Shown here: positions 43,610 through 56,804 of the stretch, in pieces
How the letters are laid out: each line of letters opens with the position of its first letter
Position numbering within the stretch: the first letter of the stretch is position 1
DNA from: Eledone cirrhosa
Lineage: Eukaryota
Assembly (NCBI GenBank): GCA_964016885.1
Contig: OZ024742.1
Location: forward strand, 340,752,001 to 340,816,000
Direction: 5' to 3'
DNA length: 64,000 nt
Program-made: the position numbers and the translations under genes
The notes under the pieces: generated by a model
Told to the model about the DNA's origin: nothing
The model's input: the letters and a program-made list of their open reading frames with translations, nothing else
Databases searched by the model: none

Positions 43610-44296
43610 TTACTTCCTGAGTTCAAATCCTGCTTATGTCTACCTCGTCTTTCATACATCTGGATGTCGATAAAATATATCTCCTCGGGGGTTTGGACAT
43701 CATTTTATGTTGCCCCCTTCCAACAAATGTCTAGACTTATGTCTATGTTAGAAATCAATTTAATGTTGGCGTTGGGGTAGTCACGTGGCTGTGTGGTGGT
43801 GGTGGTGGTGGTTGACGCCAGTTCGATTCAGCGTACCGTGTTGAGTCCTTGTACAAGACGCTTATTTTTTCACGTTATTCTTGTTCACTCAACTGGCACA
43901 AATGAGTTGTACCTATAATTCAATGAGCCATTTTTGTCACATAATTTACCACACTGGATCTCCCTGAGAATTATGTCATGGTTATACCTTTCTTTTCTGT
44001 GCTCAACCACTTGCACGTTCATGCCAGGTGTGTGCTGTTCCATTGAACAAACAACTGGGACGCTGCTTGTCAGGACTGATGAAGGCCTACCACAGTTTTG
44101 AAGGGCTGTTGATTGACAGAATTGGCAGGGCTTCGAGTAAAGTACCATTCAGAATTTCTTCAGGCTCTTTACATTAACAGTTCCAATCCTGTCGAAGTCA
44201 ACGAAACCACCTGTAGTCGATACAATAAAGTACCAACCACTCAACTATTGGAGTTGGTTTGCCCTTCCTCTTAGCTTCTCTTCAAATTAGAAACTA
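43610..44296 (+). mobile_element. Cluster of old degenerate SINE copies
   Basis: gagttcaaatcc..tttcat..gtcgataaaa (43620), gttcgattc..gtccttg..caagac (43820) and gtcgatacaataaagtacca (44216). Confidence 0.65.
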
Positions 44297-44471
44297 GTAT
44301 CGGTAGAGGGTATGACGCCATGCTTTGCAGCAAAGAGTTACGGCCCTTTCCATTCTGAGTTCAAATCCCGCCGAGGTTAACTTTGCTTTTCATCCTTACG
44401 GTGTCTATAAAATAAAGTACCAGTAATACACTGGGATAATTGCTGGCCTTGTGCCAAAAGTAGAAACAATT
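44295..44471 (+). mobile_element. tRNA-derived SINE, slightly 5'-truncated
   Basis: Collinear with 1997-2181. Confidence 0.9.
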
Positions 44472-45016
44472 ATTAAGCTAATGTAAGAGCCATGGATCGT
44501 GAAACAGAAAAATAATAAATTCCTCTGTTAGGACGATGTGTGAGAAAACAACCAGAAGAGACAGGTCAACAGAGACGAAAGCATGGTCTTACCCAAACCA
44601 GACCCTGGATTGACTCCCTAACGACCATTGGTTTCTGGTTTCTGTCTGAGGCATTTTGTCCCAATGCCGTCTTTGACAGCATTTGGCTGTACTAGCGTGA
44701 GATTTTACATTTTTATATGAATTTTAATATACTCTCACCTCGTCTCAACCAGAGGCATCAATGTTTTTATATATATATATATATATTTCGATTCCTGAAC
44801 CGGGCAATGCGTTAGGTCTTTGAGCAAGACACTTTATTTCACGTTGCTCCTTCTATATGGAGTTGCGACCGATAGATAGTATTAGCAATTGGAAAGACCA
44901 ACTAACGGAAACATTGTTTCCTCGGTCCGATTTGACGAAAGTCGATCAATCGACTGTCGATATATATATACTCCGGTTTCTCATCATCCCGAGCGGATAT
45001 ATGTATATATATATAT

Positions 45017-45505
45017 ATATCAACTAGAAATAGATTGACATATATATATATATAAAATAAATACATGAAACAATCACAGGGAATAATGTGTAAAGAATGT
45101 AAACACACATAGCTAGGTAGGTAACTAATTCAAGTTTGACTAGAACTTCAAATATAGATACCTTTTAAAATGATTAATCTCCTCTGTATATATTTCTTTA
45201 AGTAAGAAATATATTTCACCTATTAATCCGTAAATCACAGCAGTTTTTTCTTCTCCTTTGGTGAACATCCAAGAATTTAACTGCTGTGATTTACGGATTA
45301 ATAGGTGAAATATATTTCTTACTTAAAGAAATATATACAGAGGAGATTAATCATTTTAAAAGGTATCTATATTTGAAGTTCTAGTCAAACTTTAATTAGT
45401 TACCTACCTAGCTATGTGTGTTTACATTCTTTACAATTTATTCCCTGTGATTGTTTCATGTATTTATTTTATATATATATATATCAATCTATTTCTAGTT
45501 GATAT
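45017..45505. mobile_element. Fold-back element, arms about 228 bp with a 33-bp spacer, degenerate hammerhead
   Basis: 45017-45245 versus 45279-45505; right arm CTG-CTGTGA...GAAA-TATATTTCTT..AAGAAATATA-TA-CAG, with the core missing one base. Confidence 0.85.
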
Positions 45506-45590
45506 GTAATGCTCGGATCTAATCTTTGAGCTTATTTTACGGTGGATATGGCGCATGTCTCTCAGACATGACAACCCTTAATTTTAATTT

Positions 45591-45630
<40 letters not shown>

Positions 45631-45634
<4 letters not shown>

Positions 45635-45821
45635 AACGAGTAGGACCTCGACGGCTGAGCTCAAGCCGTTTCGACGGCTAATTCTGGACAGAATTAGCCG
45701 TCGAAACGACTTGACCTCAGCCGTCGGGGTCCTACTCATCCCTATTACCCACTCTACTACCCTAAGTATTGAGTACTTTGGTGCGTTATGGTCCACCTGG
45801 TTCCTTACCACATTTCCTTCG

Positions 45822-45822
<1 letters not shown>
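45631..45822. mobile_element. Fold-back pLTR, same family and same fold point as 42481-42690
   Basis: Palindrome 45631-45744 centred on ctggacag; (TA)n on both sides. Confidence 0.88.
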
Positions 45823-45913
<91 letters not shown>

Positions 45914-45926
45914 ATATATATATATG

Positions 45927-45961
<35 letters not shown>

Positions 45962-46043
45962 ATATATATATATACAATATATATATATATATAATATATA
46001 TATATATACAATATATATATATATATATAATATATATATATAT

Positions 46044-46095
<52 letters not shown>

Positions 46096-46481
46096 ATATA
46101 TATATATATATACAATATATATATATACAGTATATATATATAAATATATACAATATATATATATATATATACATATATACAATATATATATATACATATA
46201 TACAATATATATATATACAATATATATATATACATATATACAATATATATATATATATATAATTCTATAGCGATTAGGTCTTCAAAATGTTTATTATAAA
46301 CATACAGAATATTTTCGAATATTCTATGTCTATATTCACATATATATCGCTATTTCAGAGCATTTATTCCAATTTCTAATTTCTGCCGGACCGGCAACCG
46401 CTCTTTCAAACCAGTTCCTGTACACAGCTAAGTATTCTATAAGTCTCTAGCTGTGTCATTCTCGATAAAAGCACTGGATAT

Positions 46482-46524
46482 GTAGTCCTGATGATTTCTA
46501 ACGAGAATGAAACGCGTAGATTAC
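46482..46524 (+). ncRNA. Minimal type I hammerhead ribozyme, copy 1
   Basis: Stem I GTAGTC/GATTAC; CTGATGA; stem II TTCT-AACG-AGAA; GAAA; palindromic stem III ACGCGT; GUA, predicted cut after 46518. Confidence 0.9.
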
Positions 46525-46791
46525 TTCCCTTGCTTTTATCGAGAATCTAATTGTAATACGTGACGTATTCTATTCTATAGCGATTAGGTCTTCAAAATGT
46601 TTATTATAAACATACAGAATATTTTCGAATATTCTATGTCTATATTCACATATATATCGCTATTTCAGAGCATTTATTCCAATTTCTAATTTCTGCCGGA
46701 CCGGCAACCGCTCTTTCAAACCAGTTCCTGTACACAGCTAAGTATTCTATAAGTCTCTAGCTGTGTCATTCTCGATAAAAGCACTGGATAT

Positions 46792-46834
46792 GTAGTCCTG
46801 ATGATTTCTAACGAGAATGAAACGCGTAGATTAC
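46792..46834 (+). ncRNA. Minimal type I hammerhead ribozyme, copy 2
   Basis: Identical to copy 1 at +310; predicted cut after 46828. Confidence 0.9.
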
Positions 46835-46958
46835 TTCCCTTGCTTTTATCGAGAATCTAATTGTAATACGTGACGTATTCTATTCTATAGCGATTAGGTC
46901 TTCAAAATGTTTATTATAAACATACAGAATATTTTCGAATATTCTATGTCTATATTCA

Positions 46959-48047
<1,089 letters not shown>

Positions 48048-48050
<3 letters not shown>

Positions 48051-48145
48051 GTCAAACCATATGCTCAGACAAGCATAGTCACCACCCCCATATATATATA
48101 TATGGGGGTGGTGACTATGCTTGTCTGAGCATATGGTTTGACTAT
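48048..48145. repeat. Perfect palindrome of about 98 bp centred on (TA)n
   Basis: atagtcaaaccatatgctcagacaagcatagtcaccaccccc-(at)n-gggggtggtgactatgcttgtctgagcatatggtttgactat. Confidence 0.95.
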
Positions 48146-48673
48146 GTGAACAAAATGATAGTGCTAAATACAAGTGTATAGTGTGAACAGAGATTGGTGA
48201 AAAAATTTCTTCGTAACCACAAGGTTTCAAGTATTACTGTGTCGCATTTTTGTTAAATGTATTTTGTCATAGTTTAATGTCAACCCAAGTATTTTCAGTG
48301 AATTTAGGTAAACTGGAACTGTCTGAAAAGTGTCGAATATTCTCTGTTTGTCATTCAAAGTTCCAGCTTTCTCACGCTGTCTCAAACTGATTCTATTTTA
48401 AAGGAACACATTTCTGTGGAATACTCAGCCACAGACACTCATCATGGAAATCTATTAATAACCTATCACATTATACTTTATCCGACGTCCACTCAACCCT
48501 AACAAGACATCACGTCAGATGCACTATCTATTCCACCAGCTTAGCGCTCCCTAGATTTGTATCTTATTTGTTCAACCTGGAAAGGAATGAAAAGTAAAAT
48601 TGACCTCAGTGTCATATGAACTCTGAGCGCAAAATATCGAGAAAAAATGGTCATTATATTTTATTCATCGCTC

Positions 48674-48862
48674 GGCAGGGCGGTGGATTGACAGTATCGG
48701 TAGAGGGTCGGACGCCATGCTTTCCAACATAGTTACGTCCCTTTATGATCTGAGTTCAAATCCCGCCGAGGTTGACTTTGCCTTTCATCCTTACGGGGTC
48801 GATAAAATAAAGTACCAGTAATGCACTGGGTAATTGCTGGCCTTGTGCCTAAAGTAGAAACA
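48674..48862 (+). mobile_element. SINE with 21-bp TSD, nested in an older minus-strand SINE (about 48560-48905)
   Basis: TSD attatattttattcatcgctc at 48653-48673 and 48863-48883. Confidence 0.92.
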
Positions 48863-49071
48863 ATTATATTTTATTCATCGCTCTAACGTCTCTGCCAATT
48901 CGGTTCAATCCTTTCTATGTAAAACTGCTTGAAACCTTTAATTTTTCTACGATGCATTTTAATGCGTAATATTTTTTAAATTGTTAATAGTTGTCTAAAA
49001 TCCATCCATTATAATCTTATGTAAGGGGAGGAATTAGTAATATAACTAACTTTCTCATTATTATTTGAATT

Positions 49072-49251
49072 CGGTGAATTGGCAGTATCGGTAGAGGGTC
49101 GGATATGCTTTCCAGCATAGTTACGTCCCAATACGATCTGAGTTCAAATCCCGCCGAGGTTAACTTTGCCTTTCATCCATACAGAGGTCGATAAAATAAA
49201 GTACCAGTAATGTACTGGATAATTGCTGGCCTTGTGCCAAAAGTAGAAACA
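49072..49251 (+). mobile_element. SINE with 12-bp TSD
   Basis: TSD attatttgaatt at 49060-49071 and 49252-49263. Confidence 0.92.
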
Positions 49252-49310
49252 ATTATTTGAATTATAACTAAACCAAATTTCATACATAGATCTACGAGGA
49301 AAGGTGCATA

Positions 49311-49493
49311 GGGCAGTGAATTGGCAGTATCGGTGGAGGATCGGACATGCTTTCCAGCATAGTTACGTCCCTTTACGATCTGAGTTCAAATCCCGCCGAG
49401 GTTAACTTTGCCTTTCATCCTTACGGGGTCGATAAAATAAAGTACCAGTAATGTACTGGGATAATTGCTAGCCTTGTGCTTAAAGTAGAAACA
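49311..49493 (+). mobile_element. SINE forming the 3' part of a composite insertion 49026-49493
   Basis: TSD attataatcttatgtaag at 49008-49025 and 49494-49511. Confidence 0.9.
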
Positions 49494-49689
49494 ATTATAA
49501 TCTTATGTAAGAAACTTTGTTTAGATATACTCCAAACACCTCATAATAATGGGAAAGTTAGCTGTATTACAAGTGTATAGTGCGAACACAGATTGGTTAA
49601 GAAATTATCTTCGTAATCACAAGGTTCCGGTTTCAAGTATTACTGTGTCGCATTTTGTTTGTCTTTTTTCACAATCTAGTGACAACTAA

Positions 49690-50340
49690 CTTCTTGAATA
49701 TTTTCGAAATTATTTGGAAATATTAGGCAGTGATTTTCATCGAAAATATGTTAATGAAAGGGTTAAAGTGTTTTTTTTATATATTTTTCTAAATACACCT
49801 TTCCTCGTAGACCTGTGTATGAAACTTTGTTTAGTTATAATTCAAACAATAATGAGAAAGTTAGTTATATTACTAATTCCTTCCAAATTCTTGATTATTC
49901 TCAAAATTATTTAGGAACATTAGGCCGACTTTATCATTGAAAATATGTTAATGAAAGGGTTCAAGTGTTTTATTAAATACTTTTCTAAAACCCATTCCCT
50001 CATAGATCTATGTAAAAAACTTTGTTACGTTCTACACCAAACATCGGTTACATGATATGTAGTTATATTACTTAATCCTTCCAAATGTTCGGTTATTTTC
50101 AAAATCATGAAAAGTATAAGCAGTGTTTTTTAATGAAAATATGGTAACGCAAGGATTAACATGTGTATAAATATTTATTTTAAAACCTTCGATCATAATT
50201 TTAAGTAAGAACAATTTGTTAGGTGCTATGTTCCAAATACCAGCCTAATACATCCCTCCAAACACTTTGATTATTTTGAAAATAATTTGATAACCATAGA
50301 GAGTGTCTTTCATTTAAAATACAGTAATGAAATGGTTAAT
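49690..50340. repeat. Degenerate tandem repeat, unit about 180-197 bp
   Basis: aaaatatgttaatgaaagggtt-like block recurs at about 49743, 49940, 50136 and 50315; related partial unit at about 48990-49570. Confidence 0.7.
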
Positions 50341-50359
50341 TTATATGTGTAAGGTAACG

Positions 50360-50510
50360 AATAGGCAGAGTCATTAGAATATCGGATAGAATGCTTTGCG
50401 GTATTTGTTCCGGTTCTCTGCTCTCTCAGTTCAAATCTCACCGAGGCCAGCTTCGCGTTTCATCCTTTCAAGATCAATAAAAAATGTACTAGTCTAATAT
50501 TGCAGTTGAT
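50360..50510 (+). mobile_element. Old SINE copy
   Basis: aataggcagagtcattaga..gttcaaatctcaccgagg..tttcatcctttc..ataaaa. Confidence 0.75.
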
Positions 50511-50933
50511 TCTTCCTCTGTCCCTTTCTCTCTTACTGCCTTTTACTGGAAGAAATCTGATGTATTCAGACCTAGAGAGGAGATGGACCCCGCAGCGTTT
50601 AGAAATACCCTAGAAACGCCGTATATCAATGCAGCGCCCCTGCGACTCCCCCAGGAGTTACGGTAGCATACATACATACAATATGTGTGTGTGTGTGTTG
50701 ACACATAGCTCATGATGGAGTAGTAGGGGTGCATTAAAGCTTTGCAGAGCCATTCACTGACCAGATCTGAATACAACTGATTTATTTTAGAGAGAGAGAG
50801 AGAGGGGTGGGGTAGAGAGAGAGAGGGAGAGATAGAGAGATAGATAGATAGAAAGATAGATGGATAGAGAGAGAGAGAGAAGAGAGGAAGGTAGAGAGAG
50901 AGAGGGGGAAGAGAGAGAGAGGGAGAGAGGGAA

Positions 50934-50988
<55 letters not shown>

Positions 50989-51439
50989 AAAGACCGCACT
51001 ACTGCAGTGACACTTTGATTCATCCACCTAGAAACAGTAAAATACAAAGTTCACTTGAGCTGGATTTGAGTTTAGAAGGTCAATGTTTGGTAGCAATACC
51101 AGCCTAACATCGGACGTCATAGCTACTCTCTCAATTCACACCCTATATGGAATGGTTAAATCAACAACCATTCAAGTGTAACAACACAACATATAATTCC
51201 ATATTAGTTATTTTCATATTTAATGCTATAGGATGATCGATTAAGTGCTCTCGGATCTACAATAATCGTCCATCCTTCCTCTTAGCTTATTAATTTTTCA
51301 GATCCCCCAACCCCGGTCTTGTCCCAATCCCCTCCCTGTTTATTGTGTGTGACAGCTCATACCTATGCAGGTTTAGCTGGCCTCCTCCAAGGTATATCTC
51401 GTTGCAGGTGTCTTGGGTGATTTAATGATAGGGACCCCA

Positions 51440-51600
51440 ATCCTATTATCTCATTTCTACAGCTGAGTAAACTGGAGCAACGTGTCTTGCTCAAGGAAAC
51501 AACACATCACCCGGTCCGAGAGTTGAACTCACAACCTTTCGATTGCAAGCCCAATGCTCTAACCACTAAGCCATGCGCATTCACCTGAGCCATGCGCCTT
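51440..51600 (-). mobile_element. tRNA-derived SINE of a second family (related fragment at 44787-44850, +)
   Basis: Minus strand TGGCTTAGTGGTTAGAGC (A box) and GAGTTCAACTC (B box), then tccttgagcaagacac. Confidence 0.8.
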
Positions 51601-51967
51601 TCCCTGCTAATTAAATTTTGTTAATCTATCTCCGGCGAAATTTGATTTTAATTTTCTTCAGGCGTTAAAAAACATTATACATGGCAAAAATAAGTACATT
51701 ACTAGAAGTACCATATGTTATAAAATAAATAGGAGAGGTTGGGGTCTCAATATGTAAACTAAACGACTAATTCTGGTTTTTAACAAATCAATTAAGACAA
51801 CCTAGAACAATTACTGCTTATTGCACCCCCACCACTTATTGCAACTCCTCCACGGATTCCAACCCCTCGTATATTCCCCCGTTATTCTACCGCACACCTC
51901 ACATATTTCAACTCCTACGCTTATTTCAGGACCTCCACTCACCCTTAATCCACACACAGACCCTATT

Positions 51968-52131
51968 GGGTCGGACACCATACTTTGAAGCATAGAGTTA
52001 CCTCCCTTTATGGTCTGACTTCAAATCCCGCCGGGGTTAACTTTTTCTTTCATCCTTACGGGACCGATAAAATAAAGTACCAGTAATGCACTGCCATAAT
52101 TGCTGGCCTTGTGCCAAAAGTAGAAACAATT
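51968..52131 (+). mobile_element. 5'-truncated SINE
   Basis: Collinear with the young family through aagtagaaacaatta. Confidence 0.88.
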
Positions 52132-52442
52132 ATTTGGGACCCGAGAGTAAGTTCAGATAAAGGAGATAAAACTAACTAATGAAAGATATTGAATCGTTCC
52201 ACCTGGGGATCGAACTTGTGATGTTGTATTACTATAACCCTCTCGTGTCTATTGTTGAGAGAAGTGAGATGAAAGTAATAGAGAAAACATTAGTTATTCG
52301 TTATTTGAAGTGGATTTCTCATGATATCAACTCTTCCCTATTGTATACAGAGACACACGGATTATCTGGATGTGGTGACTGGCACATACATACCACAAAA
52401 GATGTGTATACACATGTAAACATATACCCACATATATATGTG

Positions 52443-52476
<34 letters not shown>

Positions 52477-52489
52477 CATACATATACAC

Positions 52490-52529
<40 letters not shown>

Positions 52530-52636
52530 TGTGTGTGTGTGAGTGTGTATATGGGGTGTATGTATGTTTCTGCCTGGGTATATGTATATATATATATATA
52601 TATAAATACCCCTCCCCCCACCCACACACACACATA

Positions 52637-52668
<32 letters not shown>

Positions 52669-52888
52669 CATACATATGTATATTGTGTGTGTGTGTGTAT
52701 ATGTGTGAATACATAGAGGTGTGTATACGTAAATCTCTAATATTAATACGTATGTATATATATTCTATCCGAATGCACATATTATATATCACTCGCTCTA
52801 TACACCCGTTAGACCCTGTTGGTTCTCCGCCCACTCAGCATCACCACTGTCTCCTGTGAGATTATGTATATACATGTATTTAGTGGAA

Positions 52889-53860
<972 letters not shown>

Positions 53861-54177
53861 ATGCAGGCAGTAGTGTATATGTGTGCGCATGTGTATAAGT
53901 CACAATAAGTGTATCTTATCTCCACCCCACTAAAACATTGCAACCGTCGGAGTTATCGGCCCATCACCTTATCTTCTGCAGTGAGGCGGCAAAAGCCACT
54001 ACAGAACAAAGAGATTATAAGCAGGTTCCATGATCTGTCGTTCGCGTGACTATCTATATATGCATATATACGTGTGTATGTTTGTGTTTATATGTATATA
54101 TGTGTGTGTATGTGTGTATACACACACACATATATAAATATATGTATATGTATATATATATATTTATATATATGTAT

Positions 54178-54307
<130 letters not shown>

Positions 54308-54759
54308 ATGTGCGTGTGTGGTGGATTTTTCCGTGGTTTCCGATGATATGTGACCGCCCGTTAGTCTTTCAACATGTTATATAGTTGTCATATTAGTGTT
54401 TAAATGAGATCGCAGTGGGTAAAATATGGAACTACAATTGGTTGATTCAGATCCCGTGGTTGAATCCAGTCTCAGCTACAACATATATTCGTCTTTGTTG
54501 ATCCACGTTTCATGGTGAACAGCCTAACGCCTCCCCTGTACGTACCACGTGTAGAAGATGACAGTTTAACGACAGCAGAGTTTTGGGACTGTGATAGCAT
54601 CTATATATTCCGTGTTCCTGTTCTTCGTCACCAGATTGACAACAGCATCATGTTTACATGTTGGTGCCTGTATCTTTACGGATATCTGTCCACAAACCAG
54701 ATACAGCTAAGATGGTATATGCCGTGTATTAAGAGACGAATGACTGGATATTAATTTAC

Positions 54760-55100
54760 AGGTTGCCACATTCATCACAACAAAACCATAAGCCAGTCTT
54801 CTGTTTAATGAAAAATGGAAATTGATGCAATATATGTAGCTTCTCTAATATGCAGACTTGGCAGTTGGAAGTTCCGTGTTTATAAGGAGAGGGCGTATCA
54901 TGAATGCTGCATGTGAAGTTGGAGAAATCAGTTTCTTGTTCACACCATCGCAAAAGAAATCCGGACAGAGAGATGAGGGGGGGGGGGCGTCTGTCGCTTC
55001 ACGTGAAGGATTTCGTATACTGAGTAAATATTTCCTTAACATAATTGGCTGTAATTATGTTTCGGTTTGCGTGTGGTAGATTTCTGTGTAAGAGTAACCT
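54760..55100 (-). pseudogene. Highly degenerate Penelope-like GIY-YIG C-terminal fragment
   Basis: PYKHGTSNCQVCILEKLHIL resembles SYKGG..CNLCISE.YEIL at 39900-40000. Confidence 0.55.
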
Positions 55101-55540
55101 GCCCTGTGTTAAAACTTGCAGTGAATTTACTATTTCTTCTGCTGTGGCTGTAAAAAGTACATTGAGTGTCCTGTGCCATTCAGTGTTTCAATTGTGGTAC
55201 TGTTAAGAGTTCTAAAGCTCTTTTTGTGGCTGTATAGGGCTTCTTAAGTTTTCTAAATCTCTTCTAAGCCGTGGATGTCTCATGCAATGCCTTATGTGTA
55301 ACGGCGTGATTGTTCATGGTTGAGTAAATGTTCTGTGTAGATAGTTAATTAATTGGTCCCAGAGTTTCATCATCGGAGATTAATTGAATAGTCTTTGTTA
55401 CCCGTGATAGTAATGGGTGATTCCTTCAATTGTTATGTCCCGCAGCGTGGCCAGAGAATGTCCATTACAAGATCAACATCACGCAGAAGATCATAAACAT
55501 TTCTTTATGTCTTATGTAACACCGTTTGGTTCATTAATTC

Positions 55541-55728
55541 AGGCGGTGGATTGGCAGTATAGGTAGAGGGTCTGACGTCGTGCTTTATAGCAAAGAGTTA
55601 CGGCCCTTTATGGTCTGAGTTCAAATCCCGTCGAGGTTAATTTTGCCTTTCATCCATATGGGGTCGATAAAACAAAGCACCACTAATACACTGGGATAAT
55701 TGCTGGCCTTGTGCCAAAAGTAGAAACA
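55541..55728 (+). mobile_element. tRNA-derived SINE, full length
   Basis: Same family; short possible TSD attaatt at 55533-55539 and 55729-55735. Confidence 0.9.
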
Positions 55729-55825
55729 ATTAATTGCCCTACATCTGCTAGTGTTGCTGTTCTGTTCATCAATTGTCTGACATCCCACGCGGCGATGTTT
55801 GATCGCTCATTAAGTGGCCAATATT

Positions 55826-55903
55826 CTACTATGTCACCGTTGAGGGGCTTTATGACGACTACATCACTATGTCACCGTTGAGGGGCTTTATGACGACTAC
55901 ATC
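55826..55903. repeat. Perfect tandem duplication of about 38 bp
   Basis: actatgtcaccgttgaggggctttatgacgactacatc occurs twice. Confidence 0.92.
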
Positions 55904-56291
55904 CCGGGATGAAGTCATTGATGTCTTTAAACCTGTCTACACTCCTCCACTTTCACTCCCAGTTTAACTGTAACCAGTTTGTTAAATGGCCTGTCAGGGT
56001 TCCGCCAGTGGCTTTCGTCCTTCGCTGTGTCTATACTAATTTAATGAAGCATACTACGTACTCTCGGTGTTCTCAAATAATAGGGGTGGTTGAAATAAGC
56101 AGGGTTTGGAGGTAAATCGGTAATGTTTTTAGGTTGTCTCCGTTGATTTTTTTTAAAAACCAGAATTAGTCGTTTAGTTTACGCATTTATTTCATAACGT
56201 ATGGCATTTCTAGTAATGTACATTTTTTTGTTATGTATAATGTTTTTAATGTCTAAAGAAAATTATTTGTCGAAGGAATGCTACCACTTAA

Positions 56292-56512
56292 CACTTTAGC
56301 ATTTAAACCGGCCATATCCGGCCAGAATTCTCTCAACTCTTTCTGTTCAAACTGGCTATAATTGGCTGCTCATACTTAAGTTAAGACATTGTTCTCAAAC
56401 TAAGTCATATCAAAATCTCGTAGATTCAATTTTGTGTGTGAAAATTATGTGAAATAAAATGTTTACCATGATAATACAATTGTAAATATAGAGTAATGTA
56501 AATGTTAAAGGG
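56292..56512. mobile_element. piggyBac-type MITE
   Basis: TTAA at 56288-56291 and 56513-56516; terminal inverted repeats cactttagcattta / taaatgttaaaggg; related internal fragment at about 15335-15440. Confidence 0.75.
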
Positions 56513-56804
56513 TTAAAATAAAATTTAGCAAAAAAATTTAATAAGGTTAGAATAGGAGTGGAGGGAGGAAACAATCTGGAAAATGAGGGGGAAGGGGTGG
56601 CGAGAGTATGTCACAGTCGCTGTAGAGTGTCCCTTAAGTGTCTTCTATCATTCAACATGGCCATAAAATACTCACTAACTAGCGTACGTTCTCTCTGGCT
56701 TGTCGTTAGATATATTTGTCGTATGTTCATTGAAAGGAACAGTAGAATGTCATTTAGTGACATCGTTTACCTGGATTGGCTGCAGAGGGTTCTACATCTC
56801 CAAG

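Larger units (their letters stand above)
46262..46958 (+). mobile_element. 310-bp tandem repeat (2.25 units) with one hammerhead per unit: candidate retrozyme
   Basis: Units start at 46262, 46572 and 46882 and read identical by eye; no ORF; embedded in (TA)n/(TACAA) satellite. Confidence 0.85.

Noticed and set aside
44070-44115. CTGATGA followed by GAAG
   Set aside because: No GAAA or convincing stems; it lies in a degenerate SINE tail.
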